Below, in pieces: positions 24,583-36,341 of a stretch of DNA of 64,000 bases; within the stretch, counting starts at the first letter, position 1, and each line of letters begins with the position of its first letter. Origin of the DNA: Neoconidiobolus thromboides FSU 785. Lineage: Eukaryota > Fungi > Entomophthoromycota. Below the pieces are notes generated by a model that was given only the letters and a program-made list of their open reading frames with translations, was not told where the DNA came from and searched no databases. The position numbers were made by a program, and so were the translations under genes. The DNA lies in the NCBI GenBank assembly GCA_025603075.1, contig MU626279.1, positions 1 to 64,000 of the forward strand. The letters are read 5' to 3'.

Positions 24583-25387
24583 TTTTTATAAATACTTTTT
24601 TATTTAAAAGATAATTGATGTAAATTGATTATTCTTCTTTTTATATCATTAATCTAATCAATGTAACATCTTTGGCAGGATCTAAATGGAGGATCATTGG
24701 CTGGGGTAAAAACAATTTTAATGCTTTTTAAACGTCACACCCTTCCTTATGACTGCTTTTGGTTATTGAATTCTAACTTTTTCATCCAACCTATTGTATA
24801 TCAGTATTTCATCACTATTGATAAATAATTGGTTTTTTAACTTAACTTTTTTTTTCACATGTATAAAAATTGAAACTTTTCTTTTTAAATGGTTTCATTA
24901 AAAACTAAGCTACTGGTATATCATGAAGTCCTTTGTAAGTATTAATAGAATATTAGTTGACTAAAATAATGAATTTAGATCCCTAATTAAGAGCTGAAAC
25001 AGTAAGTTTGACCATAATGCTAAGCTCACCATAAAATGCCAACTATTTTATTATAGTTTTAATTTAGGAAAGATCTTTTGAAATCGGATTGATTTTTTAC
25101 TAGAAAGAATATAATTTTAAAATTGTCTATCCCTTATTATTATAAGCAACGTTCCAACTAGAAGATTGATATAATAGGTCTAAGTCATAAGCTTTACAAT
25201 AATAGTTATCAAAAATAGTACTGGAATTTAGAGTATAAACTTCATTAGTATCTGAGTTGAAATCCATATTGTTAACCAAATTATTATGTTGTAACATTTT
25301 ATTATCGATCTTATGGAGTTTAACCTTGATCGATCTTTATATAATTATTTTTAAATATAAATAATGTAGGTAAATACCGGACAAGTT

Positions 25388-25461
25388 GCTTCGGTAGTGT
25401 AGTTGGTTATCACGTCACCCTTACAAGGTGAAGGTCTCCAGTTCGAACCTGGGCTGAAGCA
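25388..25461 (+). tRNA. tRNA-Val(TAC)
   Basis: Acceptor stem GCTTCGG/CTGAAGC; anticodon arm TCACC-CTTACAA-GGTGA; GTTCGAA T-loop. Confidence 0.95.
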
Positions 25462-26259
25462 TCAAATAGAAACACTATTTTTTTCTTACGTCTTTAAAAT
25501 AATGTATTAAATGTATTTTTAAAACAATAGCTAATTATAATTTTAAATTAAATACTGATATTTTTTAATATATCAGGTAAATTAATATAAGTTATTGTTT
25601 AATAAAAAATAATAAAATAGCCAAGAAAATAGTATTAAATATGCTATCTTTTTTACTAGTGCTTGAGTTATTGTTATTTTATTGCTAAAGTTATTATTAA
25701 GTATACTGCTTATTTTGCTTTTTTATTTACTTATGTTAACTTTTAAAAGCAAAGTTTGTTTGAATAAAACCATATTTTAAAAGGATTTTTAATATAAAAT
25801 CTTTTCATATTCTGTTTACATGTTTATAGCTTTTTGATTTACATCAGTTATATCATCATTAAAAACAGCATATCAGGGTTTACATAGCTGTTTATTCTTT
25901 TCCTGACTCCAGCTAGTCCCACGGTTATCATAACACTGGTCATTTGAAATAGAAAGCAAACTAGAGAATATAAAGTTTTAATGCATATTGTTAAAAATCA
26001 TAAAAAAGTTTTTTTGAAGTTTATAAAAGCAACTAAAAAAACAAAAACAATTATTTAGAATAAGCCAATAATTAGGGCTAAAATTTTCAATCTCTATTTT
26101 TATTATGTAAAAAATTCTTGATATCAACAAAAATTTCAAAATAAAACTCAGAAAATTATTTCATTTGATCATTAAATTAATTCATCAATTCTAAATTCTA
26201 AATGATTTGTTTTGCCAAAAATCAAGACACAAAACTTTTCAATTCCTTATAAAAAAAGA

Positions 26260-27786
26260 ATGTCGTATCACACCAAGACCATGGAAGAGCGTAGCCGTGA
26301 CTTAAAGCGAATCATATCAGATTGTCAACTTGTATTTGAAGAGCCTGAAAATAGCGAAAATTGGGATAAATATGAGAGCAAAATGAAATTATTAAAAACA
26401 ATCTTAATCAAAGATGAAGGTTATTTTGAGTGTCCAAACAGTAAAGATTTATTATTTAGTATTGTAGAAACCTTAAAAAATTCCATCTTAACGGATCGAA
26501 CTAAACTATCATTAGCAACTCAAGATTTAGTCAGTGTATTGGCTCAAGGCTTAAAAGGAAAATTTCAATTATTTATACCATATATCGTCCCTGCTTTGTT
26601 GAAAATATTGGGTAAAAATCGAGTTATTAGAGAAAGAGGACATGTTACATTATCTAACATAGTAGTTAGCTTTCCTTATAAAGAGATGATATTCGAATTT
26701 TTAAAGGTTCTAAAAGATAGTAATTCAAATACTTTTGTTAGGGAATCTTGCATTATACTTATTGATTATTTTATTTATGTTTCAACAAAGAGAAGTATAA
26801 TTGAGTTTCAAATTCCTATTGAAAAAGCAATTGGTTTTGCTTTATCAGATAAAGATAATAATATTCGTAATATTACTAAACATACATATCAATTATATAT
26901 AGCTCGTTGTTCAATCGAACGAATTAAATCACTAAATGATAGTATTGAAGAAGATGTATTAAATAAACTAGAAAAGAATCCATATCCAAAGCTAATTAGA
27001 AAATTAAATCGACCAATTAAAGTATTTAATAGAGATGAAGATATAGAAGAAAAGGGTAAAAGAACACATGAAGATATGGATGGTAAGTTAGTGGAGGCTA
27101 TAGATCAAGAAGACAAACCAAAATATAGAAAGTTGGTTCCTCAATTTCCCATACCTACTTACAATTGGGTCAAACCTAAAGTAAAATCATATCGCACTCC
27201 AGATAAATTATTAAAACTTAGTAGTAATAATAGCAACAACCAAACACCAACTAAAGTAAATCAAGAGGATAAGAAAACTGATAAAGGTAATAACCAAGAT
27301 GTAACTGTTTTTGGAAAAGATTCATATAATAAAGAAAATTTAATTGATAATGATTTAAATACAATGAGAGAAGAAGTAATTGTTGATATTGAAGCAGCAG
27401 ATAAGTTAATAACTCAAAATAATAAAAGTATCGAAATAACTAAAACAAATAACAACAATATTAATGGTCAAAAAGAAGATGAGCTCAATAAAGAAAAGGA
27501 TATTCAAGATTTAACTTATGAAAACAGAATGATGAATCCAATATTAAAGCCAAGCAATCGAAGGATGAAGGATGAAGACTTGACCGGCTATTTTGGTAAT
27601 AAACATATTTTACCAATTAGTAATTGTTTATCTTGTAGAGAATTTGTTTATCAAATTCCACCACCTTTGAAATCAGAAGAAATATTAACTATTTGTCATC
27701 CTCATCGTTTGATGGCTAAAAATTTAAATAAATTGGCAATAGAGGAAGAGTTTGATCAAATGATTGGAATTGTAAAACATAAATAA
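26260..27786 (+). CDS. CLASP N-terminal (TOG/HEAT) domain protein, Stu1-like
   Basis: HEAT-like repeats with WDKYESKMKLL, TDRTKLSLATQDL, KNRVIRERG and SDKDNNIR motifs; low-complexity tail; first in-frame ATG at 26260. Confidence 0.7.
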   Translation: MSYHTKTMEERSRDLKRIISDCQLVFEEPENSENWDKYESKMKLLKTILIKDEGYFECPNSKDLLFSIVETLKNSILTDRTKLSLATQDLVSVLAQGLKGKFQLFIPYIVPALLKILGKNRVIRERGHVTLSNIVVSFPYKEMIFEFLKVLKDSNSNTFVRESCIILIDYFIYVSTKRSIIEFQIPIEKAIGFALSDKDNNIRNITKHTYQLYIARCSIERIKSLNDSIEEDVLNKLEKNPYPKLIRKLNRPIKVFNRDEDIEEKGKRTHEDMDGKLVEAIDQEDKPKYRKLVPQFPIPTYNWVKPKVKSYRTPDKLLKLSSNNSNNQTPTKVNQEDKKTDKGNNQDVTVFGKDSYNKENLIDNDLNTMREEVIVDIEAADKLITQNNKSIEITKTNNNNINGQKEDELNKEKDIQDLTYENRMMNPILKPSNRRMKDEDLTGYFGNKHILPISNCLSCREFVYQIPPPLKSEEILTICHPHRLMAKNLNKLAIEEEFDQMIGIVKHK

Positions 27787-28186
27787 AAAGGTTGAATGAA
27801 GGTTAGGTTGACAACTAAAGCGATTTGATTTATATGCGAAGTAGAATAAGTTTTGAAGGTATTTTTTTGAGTGATATTTGAATACTTTTTGATATACTAT
27901 TGAGAAAATAAAATGATATTTAATATTGATGTTTATATAAATCAAATTATAACTTGCTTTTGATTTGATAGATCTAATATTAAAAACTTGATACTATATT
28001 AATGTTTTATAATTAAAACTCATATTTAATTAAGATTATTAAGAATATTAAGATGATTTAGTAAATTTGGATCTTCAATAACTATTAAGTGTTAAATAAA
28101 TTAATAACAACGATTTATTATTTTATAATTTAGTAATAAACTTCAACGTTGATATTTATTTTTAATAAATTAATAATCAAGTATGC

Positions 28187-29884
28187 TTATTTCCAAACCT
28201 CATTATCGTCCTGTTTTTCAATAATCACTTCACTTGGGGTAGGTGTTGTATTATTAGACCATTGTCTATATCTTTTAGTTACAGCAGGTACCCAAGGGGG
28301 AGCTAATTGTGAAAGAGAGAAAGTAGTAGCTTCCGAGATGGGTCTTGGAGGTGGACGAGTAGCTTTTAATTTACCAAAAGAAATTTTCTCAATAATAAAA
28401 GCTAATAAATTAAAAGCAATATACGAAAAGATACCAGCCAATAAACCGTAAGCAATAGAATAAGTAAATGGCATAATAGCAACAGTAAGGAAAGCAGGGA
28501 TGGCTTCACCTGGATGTTCCCAGGGTACCTTAGTTAAATTTTGACACATTAAACTACCTACTACAATCAAGGCAGGTCCTGTTGCCCAAGGTGGAAAAGA
28601 AGCAAATATAGGTGCTAGAAAGGTAGACAAAAAGAACATAATACCAATAACAATAGCAGTGATACCAGTTTTACCACCTTCAGCAATACCAACCCCACTT
28701 TCAAGGAAAGCAGTAACTGGTGGTACACCAAAAACAGCACCAATTGAAATGGATATAGCATCGCAAAGGAAAGCTAATGTACCACCTTCAATATTCCCTT
28801 CTTCATCTGTAATTTTTGCTAAATCAGCTAAAGCAAATATATTACCAGTAGCTTCTAATATATCCACATATAAAAAGGTAACTAACGCTAACCAGATATT
28901 ACCATGAGACATTGAAAAATCTAAAGCACCTAAAGTTTTCTCAATAGAATGAAAACCAACGACTTGTTTAAAAAAATCATACATTTCATTGCCTTTAACT
29001 GTATCTGGAAAATAAGTTACTGTTGTGTTACGAAACCAAGAGATAATTGAAACTAATAAGATACCATATAACATAGCCCCTTTACAACGAAACATAGTTA
29101 AATTAGCTATAATTATTAGGCCAAAAATACCCATCCATAAAGTAGGTGATTCCATGGTATTTGATAAACATTGTTGAGTAACAGGATCTATTTTATCGGT
29201 TGGACAGCCACCTAATGTAACTAAGGTAGCCGCCGAATGACCAATTAAACCGATACCAGCTGAAGATTGTAAACCAATAAAAGTTAAAAATAACCCAATA
29301 CCAGCACACATGGAATGTTTTAAACTTTGGGGTAACAATTTAACAATCCATTGACGAACACCAAGTACTGTTAATAATATAAAGATCAAACCTTCAATAA
29401 ATACAGCTGCTAAGGCTGTTTGATAACTTATACCACTACCACCAACGCCATGAAACCCAACAACATTATAGACAAAATAAGCATTTAATCCCATGCCACT
29501 GGATAATCCAATTGGTAGATTGGCTACTAATCCCATTAATATAGAAGAAATACCAGATACTACACAAGTAGCGGTAACGATGTCTTTTTTTATTGTATAT
29601 TGACATGCCTCATAAATGGGATCACCTACACATATAGCAGCTGGTCCAACAGCTCCCTCCACGGCATTACATACACAAGTACCTCCACTATCAGCTACAA
29701 TTAAAGAGTTTACTGCAATAATATAAGTCATGGTAACAAAGGTAGTTAAACCAGCTAATATTTCAGTACTAAAAGTGGTGTCTCGACTACCACTTCTTCC
29801 ACTACCTCGTAATTTAAAGTAACGACCAATAAAGGAAGTACTTATTTTATCATTGAGGTTCTCTATAAAATGAAACTTAGGCAT
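28187..29884 (-). CDS. azgA: AzgA-like (NCS2) purine permease
   Basis: STEILAGLTTFVTMTYIIAVN, GMGLNAYF, VTAFLESGVGIAEGGKTG and AFLTVAIMPFTYSIAYG motifs. Confidence 0.9.
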   Translation of the reverse strand: MPKFHFIENLNDKISTSFIGRYFKLRGSGRSGSRDTTFSTEILAGLTTFVTMTYIIAVNSLIVADSGGTCVCNAVEGAVGPAAICVGDPIYEACQYTIKKDIVTATCVVSGISSILMGLVANLPIGLSSGMGLNAYFVYNVVGFHGVGGSGISYQTALAAVFIEGLIFILLTVLGVRQWIVKLLPQSLKHSMCAGIGLFLTFIGLQSSAGIGLIGHSAATLVTLGGCPTDKIDPVTQQCLSNTMESPTLWMGIFGLIIIANLTMFRCKGAMLYGILLVSIISWFRNTTVTYFPDTVKGNEMYDFFKQVVGFHSIEKTLGALDFSMSHGNIWLALVTFLYVDILEATGNIFALADLAKITDEEGNIEGGTLAFLCDAISISIGAVFGVPPVTAFLESGVGIAEGGKTGITAIVIGIMFFLSTFLAPIFASFPPWATGPALIVVGSLMCQNLTKVPWEHPGEAIPAFLTVAIMPFTYSIAYGLLAGIFSYIAFNLLAFIIEKISFGKLKATRPPPRPISEATTFSLSQLAPPWVPAVTKRYRQWSNNTTPTPSEVIIEKQDDNEVWK

Positions 29885-31369
29885 AACTTATGGATTCTAT
29901 TCGAATTTTTAAGGTGTATCAAGTTGAATAATATACAAAGGAAAAGTAATTGAATAGTTGTAATTATTCAATATACCGAATTTCGGGTATCCTTGGATCA
30001 AGCTTACCAAAAAGAAATCCCAATTTCGAAATTTGAAGTATTTATAGTGGTGCGAGTTAAAATTCTAAAATTTATTTAGTCCTGAAATTTTTAAGAATAA
30101 AAATTAAATATAGGAAATAAACAATAAGGTTGATAATTAAATTGAAGTGAGTCATTAATCTTAATATTTTTTAACATTTTTTAATAAAGCGGAATATTCA
30201 TTATTTCATAGACTTTTTTTTAATAATTGACTGTTTAGGCTTAACTATCATAATGAGTTTTATTTTTTTTATTTTTGAAATATCTTATTTGTAAAAAATT
30301 ATTTTTTAAATGTTTTTAATAGTCCAGCTGATCTGTTATTAAAAGCATGATATTTTATCTTTTATCATTCAAAATGGGATCTTCTGAAAAATAAAAAGAT
30401 AGAATAACTCCCTTTTTATTAATAAACCTTATGCACCTTAATTTAATCAAAATACAAAAGCTAAAGCCAGAGTTTATTCAAAATAAAAGTAATAGCTAGC
30501 TTAAAAAAGAACAAAGGTTGTTTATCCCATTATTTGTTTTTTTGACCAAACATGAGATGGTAGAGGTAAAGTGTTATAATCGCAGATGATATTCCTACTA
30601 TAAAATAAACTACTTTATAACAAAATAAGCATTTACTCCTCCAATTAATAACTCTATTTTTTTTGACAAAAACAAAATAAAAATATTTCAAACACCTAAC
30701 ACACTTTTGTTTAAAAAAATCAGTACTTTATTATTACTGATCCAGTTTCAACATAGTTTCTGTACCTTAAGCCTATTAATTATTATTTCATTAAAATATT
30801 TTAATATTATTCATATAGTTTTTTAACCAGTCACTTAACTTTTTATTCACTTTTCGTCTAACAATAAAACATTTGGGAGTCACACTCCTTGAAGATTTTC
30901 AAAAAAAGATTTAATATCGTTATAAATTATTTTTATTTAAAATATTTAGTGAAACAAGTAACAAATTAAAAATACAAAACTATGGTTAATTTGTAGCATA
31001 ACAGTAAATGAATACTTTACCAAATTAAATTTATAAGGCAATGTTTATTTTATTAAATTAATAGAATAAAAAAGACTATGATCAAGAGGAGAGCGTGGAT
31101 TGAGAGATCAAAAGAAGGACAGATTATCAGCAGTATCTAGTAAGGGTAAACTAATACTTTTTCCCTGATTTAAACTAGTTAAGCTTAAAGTAATAAGAAG
31201 TAATTATTTAATTAAGTGAGCTTTCAATCCTGAAAGTTTTACAGTAAAGATGAAGGACTAGATTTCTATCCAAATACTAGTTTTTAGCATTATTTATCGA
31301 TGAGTCAGATAACAGAGATATTGACTAACGGTATATAAAAAACAGGACAGAGGGAGAACTACTCAGAAA

Positions 31370-32035
31370 TCAAATATCCAAACTATTAACTAAAGAACGA
31401 TGATATGATTTTAAACAAGCAGCAAATAAATTAGGTAAAACACCTGTTACCACTGCTGTAATCAATAATGGCAGAAAAAAAGGATAGTAACTTGAAGGCA
31501 TATTATCCCACCAAGCTAAGCCGGTGATACTAGCTTGAATCAAAAAAGAAATCAATGGGAAAAACCCGATTAAAAATACAGTTACTGGAGAACGAAAATA
31601 TCTTGATAGATAACCAAAAGGGGAATAAGCATCTCCCGGGGTTAACACTTCGACCCAGATGAAATTTTGTCGGACATATTCTGTATTTCCTGACATACGT
31701 AATAATGAAACGGGTTTCCGTTTTAATAATTCGCTATCTGTTTCTAGAATCAATTGCTCTTTTTGATGATCTCGTTGACAATAATAGGGATGAATAGTTA
31801 AAAAGAAACCTACCCATATTGTTTTTAGTGTTTTTGGTAAGTCTAATAAAATAATCACTAATATTGAAGAATTAATTGTTCTATCAATTGCTGTTAACCA
31901 AGTCATTTCATTATACACAAAAATGGCTTTATGTTGAATTAAATTTTGAAAGATTATACTTTCAATGATTAATATAATCATTATAAACTTTAGTTTACTT
32001 TTGAACCAATTTTCCCACGCTTCTAGTTGCTCCAT
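31370..32035 (-). CDS. Hypothetical multi-pass membrane protein, 221 aa
   Basis: Intact ORF with about four hydrophobic segments; no motif recognised. Confidence 0.6.
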   Translation of the reverse strand: MEQLEAWENWFKSKLKFIMIILIIESIIFQNLIQHKAIFVYNEMTWLTAIDRTINSSILVIILLDLPKTLKTIWVGFFLTIHPYYCQRDHQKEQLILETDSELLKRKPVSLLRMSGNTEYVRQNFIWVEVLTPGDAYSPFGYLSRYFRSPVTVFLIGFFPLISFLIQASITGLAWWDNMPSSYYPFFLPLLITAVVTGVLPNLFAACLKSYHRSLVNSLDI

Positions 32036-32854
32036 TTTCTAATTGTTATTATGTTATTGTTTTATTTAACTTAAAATTTTATTACTTTGTAGCTTTTTGT
32101 TACTTTTATATCTATCAGTTGTCTTAGTCTACCTTTTCAAACACTCAATTATTCAAGTTAAATCATTTTTTACATGCTAAAACATCTCTTTTTACTGTTT
32201 TATTTTTTCAATTCCATTTGTTGACGTAAATTATAGTGGGGTTAATGCAGTGATTTTAATTTCTTAAATTAAAATATGTTCGGTTTAAAATTAATCAAAT
32301 TTACTACAAAAATAAGTAATGACTGTTATAAACTATGAAAATTCCAGTCGGGATAAACTTTTGTTTTAATATTAGCCATTTTTATTTACCCCCATTGAAT
32401 TATAGATAAATTTTCTACAATATACTACTAACATTGAATGTTTATTAAAACACTTGATTCCTACTTTGAAGCACTTACAAAGTTGGTAAATTTTAAGGTC
32501 AATCTCAGAATCTTTTAATCAATAGATGATTTAATACAATGTTTAATTGAATTCAAATTCAAGTTTTATTAGTTTAATACTCTTCATTAATTTAAAAAGA
32601 GATAAAAGGAATATCTTACGTTTTCTTTTTAGTATAAAGCCTTTATCTTTTAAAGTTGAGATAAGTGTAATAATATGAAATAGATTGTATAAAATAATCC
32701 TGTTTTTTATCAAGTTTATTAATTAGTATATCATCATATACTAAGTTTTCCATACAAAGGCAGACCAAAGTATCTACTAGATAAAGGGGTTACGTATGTG
32801 GTACGTGGAACTTTATCTTTTTGAATAGTTATCAAACTTTGTTGATTAAACTAC

Positions 32855-33089
32855 ATTTTCCGAAATGATCAAGAAAAAAAGTAAAATTGAGTCAAAAAAT
32901 TAAGCACCTTTTATGTACAAGTGTACATTAATTAAACGCTCATCTAAGATTTTTTTAAATATTAACCCATAAATATTGCAATAATATTGAACAATATTTT
33001 GAATATTTATTTAGTTCACAATCGAACTTAAAAGATGCTTGGTTTTTATTTCAATCCCATTTTTTTTCAATTTGATCATTTCGGAAAAT
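32855..33089. mobile_element. 235-bp fold-back/MITE-like element, family B
   Basis: Perfect 18-bp terminal inverted repeat ATTTTCCGAAATGATCAA, with imperfect similarity extending ~70 bp inward. Confidence 0.7.
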
Positions 33090-33538
33090 ATTGTAATGAA
33101 ATTATTTTAGGCTAAAAAGTTAGACTTTAAATATTAAATTTGGAACTTCAATTTAGTACTAAACTATTAAATATGGGCAAATTATATAATCGTAAATTAT
33201 AAGTTTTATAACATTTCAATCATTATTTTTAAATAGTTAAGCCTAATTTTTTATTGATGTATCATTTAATAAATATTACGCTGTTTATATGAAAACAGTT
33301 ATTTCATAATTAAACAGAGGGATAAAGTTTTGTTTTACACTATATTAAAATACCCTCATAGTGATTTCATTAATACATTATTTTAAAATTAACTCAATAA
33401 AATAGTATTAATTTCAACTACCAATTAAAAACCAACGATTCAATTGTAAATGTCATTAACATAATGCTGATTAGGCTAAAAGAAAATAAAGTCATCAAAG
33501 AAATTCATTGTTTACTTTTATTTTGAAAGAATAAAAAA

Positions 33539-35373
33539 ATGAGTCGTAGCAGCAGTAGCAACGAAGAAACACAACGATTATTAGAAGAATATTCTAAAGG
33601 ATTACAAAAAGATATACATAAAAGAAGATTCGGAAGTACAGACTCAATTGAGTCTAATAACGACCAACCAAAAGATAAAAGTAAAAGCAAATACGGAAAA
33701 GGATTGGTATTATTATGTGTTTTACTCCTGGCATGTAAGAAAATAGTTTTAAAATCTTATTGAACGAGGATATTGAAATAATACTTATTAGTTGGTAGCC
33801 ATTACTCTGGTCATGCTTTAGGAAGCTTAAAGGCAGATTTGAAAAAAGTAAGTTCGAATGATAAATTACTCAATATAAAATTATTTAATATAACAAAAAT
33901 AGAATATGCAAATCACCAATCATGAATATGGTGTACTGCAATCTTCTGTGGCTTTGGTAAATACTATTTTGCCGGTTATTGGAGGGCTATCTATTGACAA
34001 ATTTGGTACCTCTAAAGGGTCTATTTTAGCTACCTCCTTTATTACTTTAGGTACTATTATGGTGGCTATTTCTACCAATATTTCTTATTTTCCTATGATG
34101 ATTATTGGTAGATTAGTTTATGGGTAAGTTAATCAGAATAACCAGTTTGTGTATTTAACAATTATTGTTTATTAGCTTAGGGAGTGGAACAATAGTAATA
34201 ATTCAGGGCGCAATAATAACACATTGGTTTAAAGATAGTCATTTATCTAGTATTATGGGAATGAAGATGATTTCATCTAGAGTAGCCTCCTTTTTAGCCA
34301 TGGCATCAGTTATCCCAATTGCACAAAAAACTGGGTTTTATGGTAACGGATTTTGGGTAAGTCAAGCCAATTTATTGAATCCTCTATACTTAAATTTATA
34401 ATTATAGTTAGCTGCGATATTATGTATATTATCATTACTATTCAATATTTTCTTTGTTATATTAAGTAATAAGCAGAAGGAGGAATTAAGTAATGAAGAG
34501 CTTGAGGATTTAAAAAAAAAGAAAAAATTCGAATACAAAGATATTTTCCAATTACCTAAATTATTTTGGTTATTTGGCTTGATTTCATTTACACTTGCGG
34601 CATGCTCGAATACCTTTTTGCATTTCAATACAGAGTTATTGATGCTTCGCTTTGAGCTTCCAGATTCTAAAGCTGGCTACATTGCTTCACTTTCCCAGTT
34701 ATTCCCTCTTATATTACCCCCTCTTACTGGTGCATTTATTGATCGTTTTGGTGGAAGATTAACTATTGGTAATTATTTTATATTTTATTTTATTTTTATT
34801 TATTTTTATATAGCTATATCTTCCGGTATGACATATTGTATTTCAATCTACCTGTTAGGGTTTACATTTGTAAACCCAATAATTGGGATGTTGTTATTTT
34901 CATATTCACTATCAGTAGGGCCAGTTTCTTTTTTAAGTGGTGTTTCAGTATTAATTTCAGATTTGGGGATTGGAACTGCTCTAGGCCTTTACAAATCAAG
35001 TATGAATATCGCAGCCTCATTTCAAGATATTTTAGTAGGAAATCTACAATTAACTGATCAAAAGCAGAACCATGTTATCTTGAATGAATTGATTAGTAAT
35101 TACAGTCAAAATGGAAATATACATGCTTACGACAAAGTGATGCTATTTATGCTAATAACAGGAATTATTGGATTAGTTTTTACATTAGTACTATTTATAT
35201 TTGATAAAATACAATATCATTCAAAGCTGAACGTTAATTCCAAGAAATTAAAAGAAATCGAACAACTATATGTTGAAAATAGAAGCTATTCCAGTCTTAA
35301 TAAGGTTTCTATCATCATATACTCAATTTCTCTTGTTAGCTGTTGGCTTCTTTTTGGGTACTCTTTGTTTTAA
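33539..35373 (+). CDS. MFS transporter (MFSD1-like), 6 exons
   Basis: Multi-TM exons joined by GT-AG introns; GGLSIDKFG and GAFIDRFGGR motif-A-like loops; GRLVYG. Confidence 0.85.
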
Positions 35374-35511
35374 GCTTTAGAATATAAAAATTAATTTATT
35401 GTAATATTATCAAATTTATCCTGATTTATCATATCACCACATCCTATTAAATAAACGTATTGTACTACCTCTAATTTTTTTTAAAGTCTGAAAGAAAATT
35501 TAAAAAATAAC

Positions 35512-35584
35512 AGCCTAATATGGGGCTCGAACCCATGACCCTGAGATTAAAAGTCTCATGCTCTACCGACTGAGCTAATCAGGC
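35512..35584 (-). tRNA. tRNA-Lys(TTT)
   Basis: GCCTGATTAGCTCAGTCGGTAGAGCATGAGACTTTTAATCTCAGGGTCATGGGTTCGAGCCCCATATTAGGC forms a cloverleaf. Confidence 0.95.
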
Positions 35585-36341
35585 TAATTAATTAATGGCT
35601 ATGTAGACAAGTAGTATATAAAATAAAATATAAATCTCAGAATTAAGAAATCTAAATTATAATACATTTTAACCAAAATTCAATTTTTTTCACTTGGCTT
35701 GATATTTAATATAATAGAAGTAAATAAAAAAGCCAAAGGTCAGAAAAGCAATATTATAAATATTATAAGAACAACTTTGAAGTATCATGTATTTTGTAAT
35801 AATAAAAGTTTATTAAGTTTAAATTAACATATTATATGCAACCTGTAATTTATTCAGTCTTAATTACCTGACTTATAAACTGCTAAGCTTAGATTTTGTT
35901 TATTTTTTAAATTTAAATTATTGTTATTTATTATAGCATATTTTACATGTTGACATTTATAATGTTTGACTATTTTAAATTACTACTCTCTATAGAACAC
36001 AATAAATGTTATGCTTATTATTTATTAAAATTAAGTTTTTATAAAAGCAAGATAGGTCACTATGATATTCGTCCTTAAAATTTTGAACATATCTCAAAGA
36101 TGAATGATTTAACTAATATTAAAGTTGTACAAGAAACTTTCCACGTACTATATACACAATCCCTTTCTTTCATAAAAACTTTAGCTTATTTTTGTTTTGA
36201 ACAATCAATAAATGTTCATATTCAGAATAAATTAAGGGATAATTTCAAGTTTAATATCAAGAACAATTGAGTCATCCTTTTAAAATGTAATAATAAAAAA
36301 TTGAAAAAATCTATTCATTATCTTTTTTAACTAAAAATCAA

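Noticed and set aside
25000-25320. Minus-strand LRPIIS resembling a retroelement RT motif
   Set aside because: Isolated hexapeptide without supporting neighbouring motifs.
31080-31370. Plus-strand LFIDES, resembling the first Asp motif of IS630/Tc1 transposases
   Set aside because: A single short motif in a frame with many stops; no second or third catalytic motif visible.
35519-35527. TATGGGG in tRNA-Lys matching the MITE TIR start
   Set aside because: Part of the normal T-arm/acceptor stem; no further similarity.
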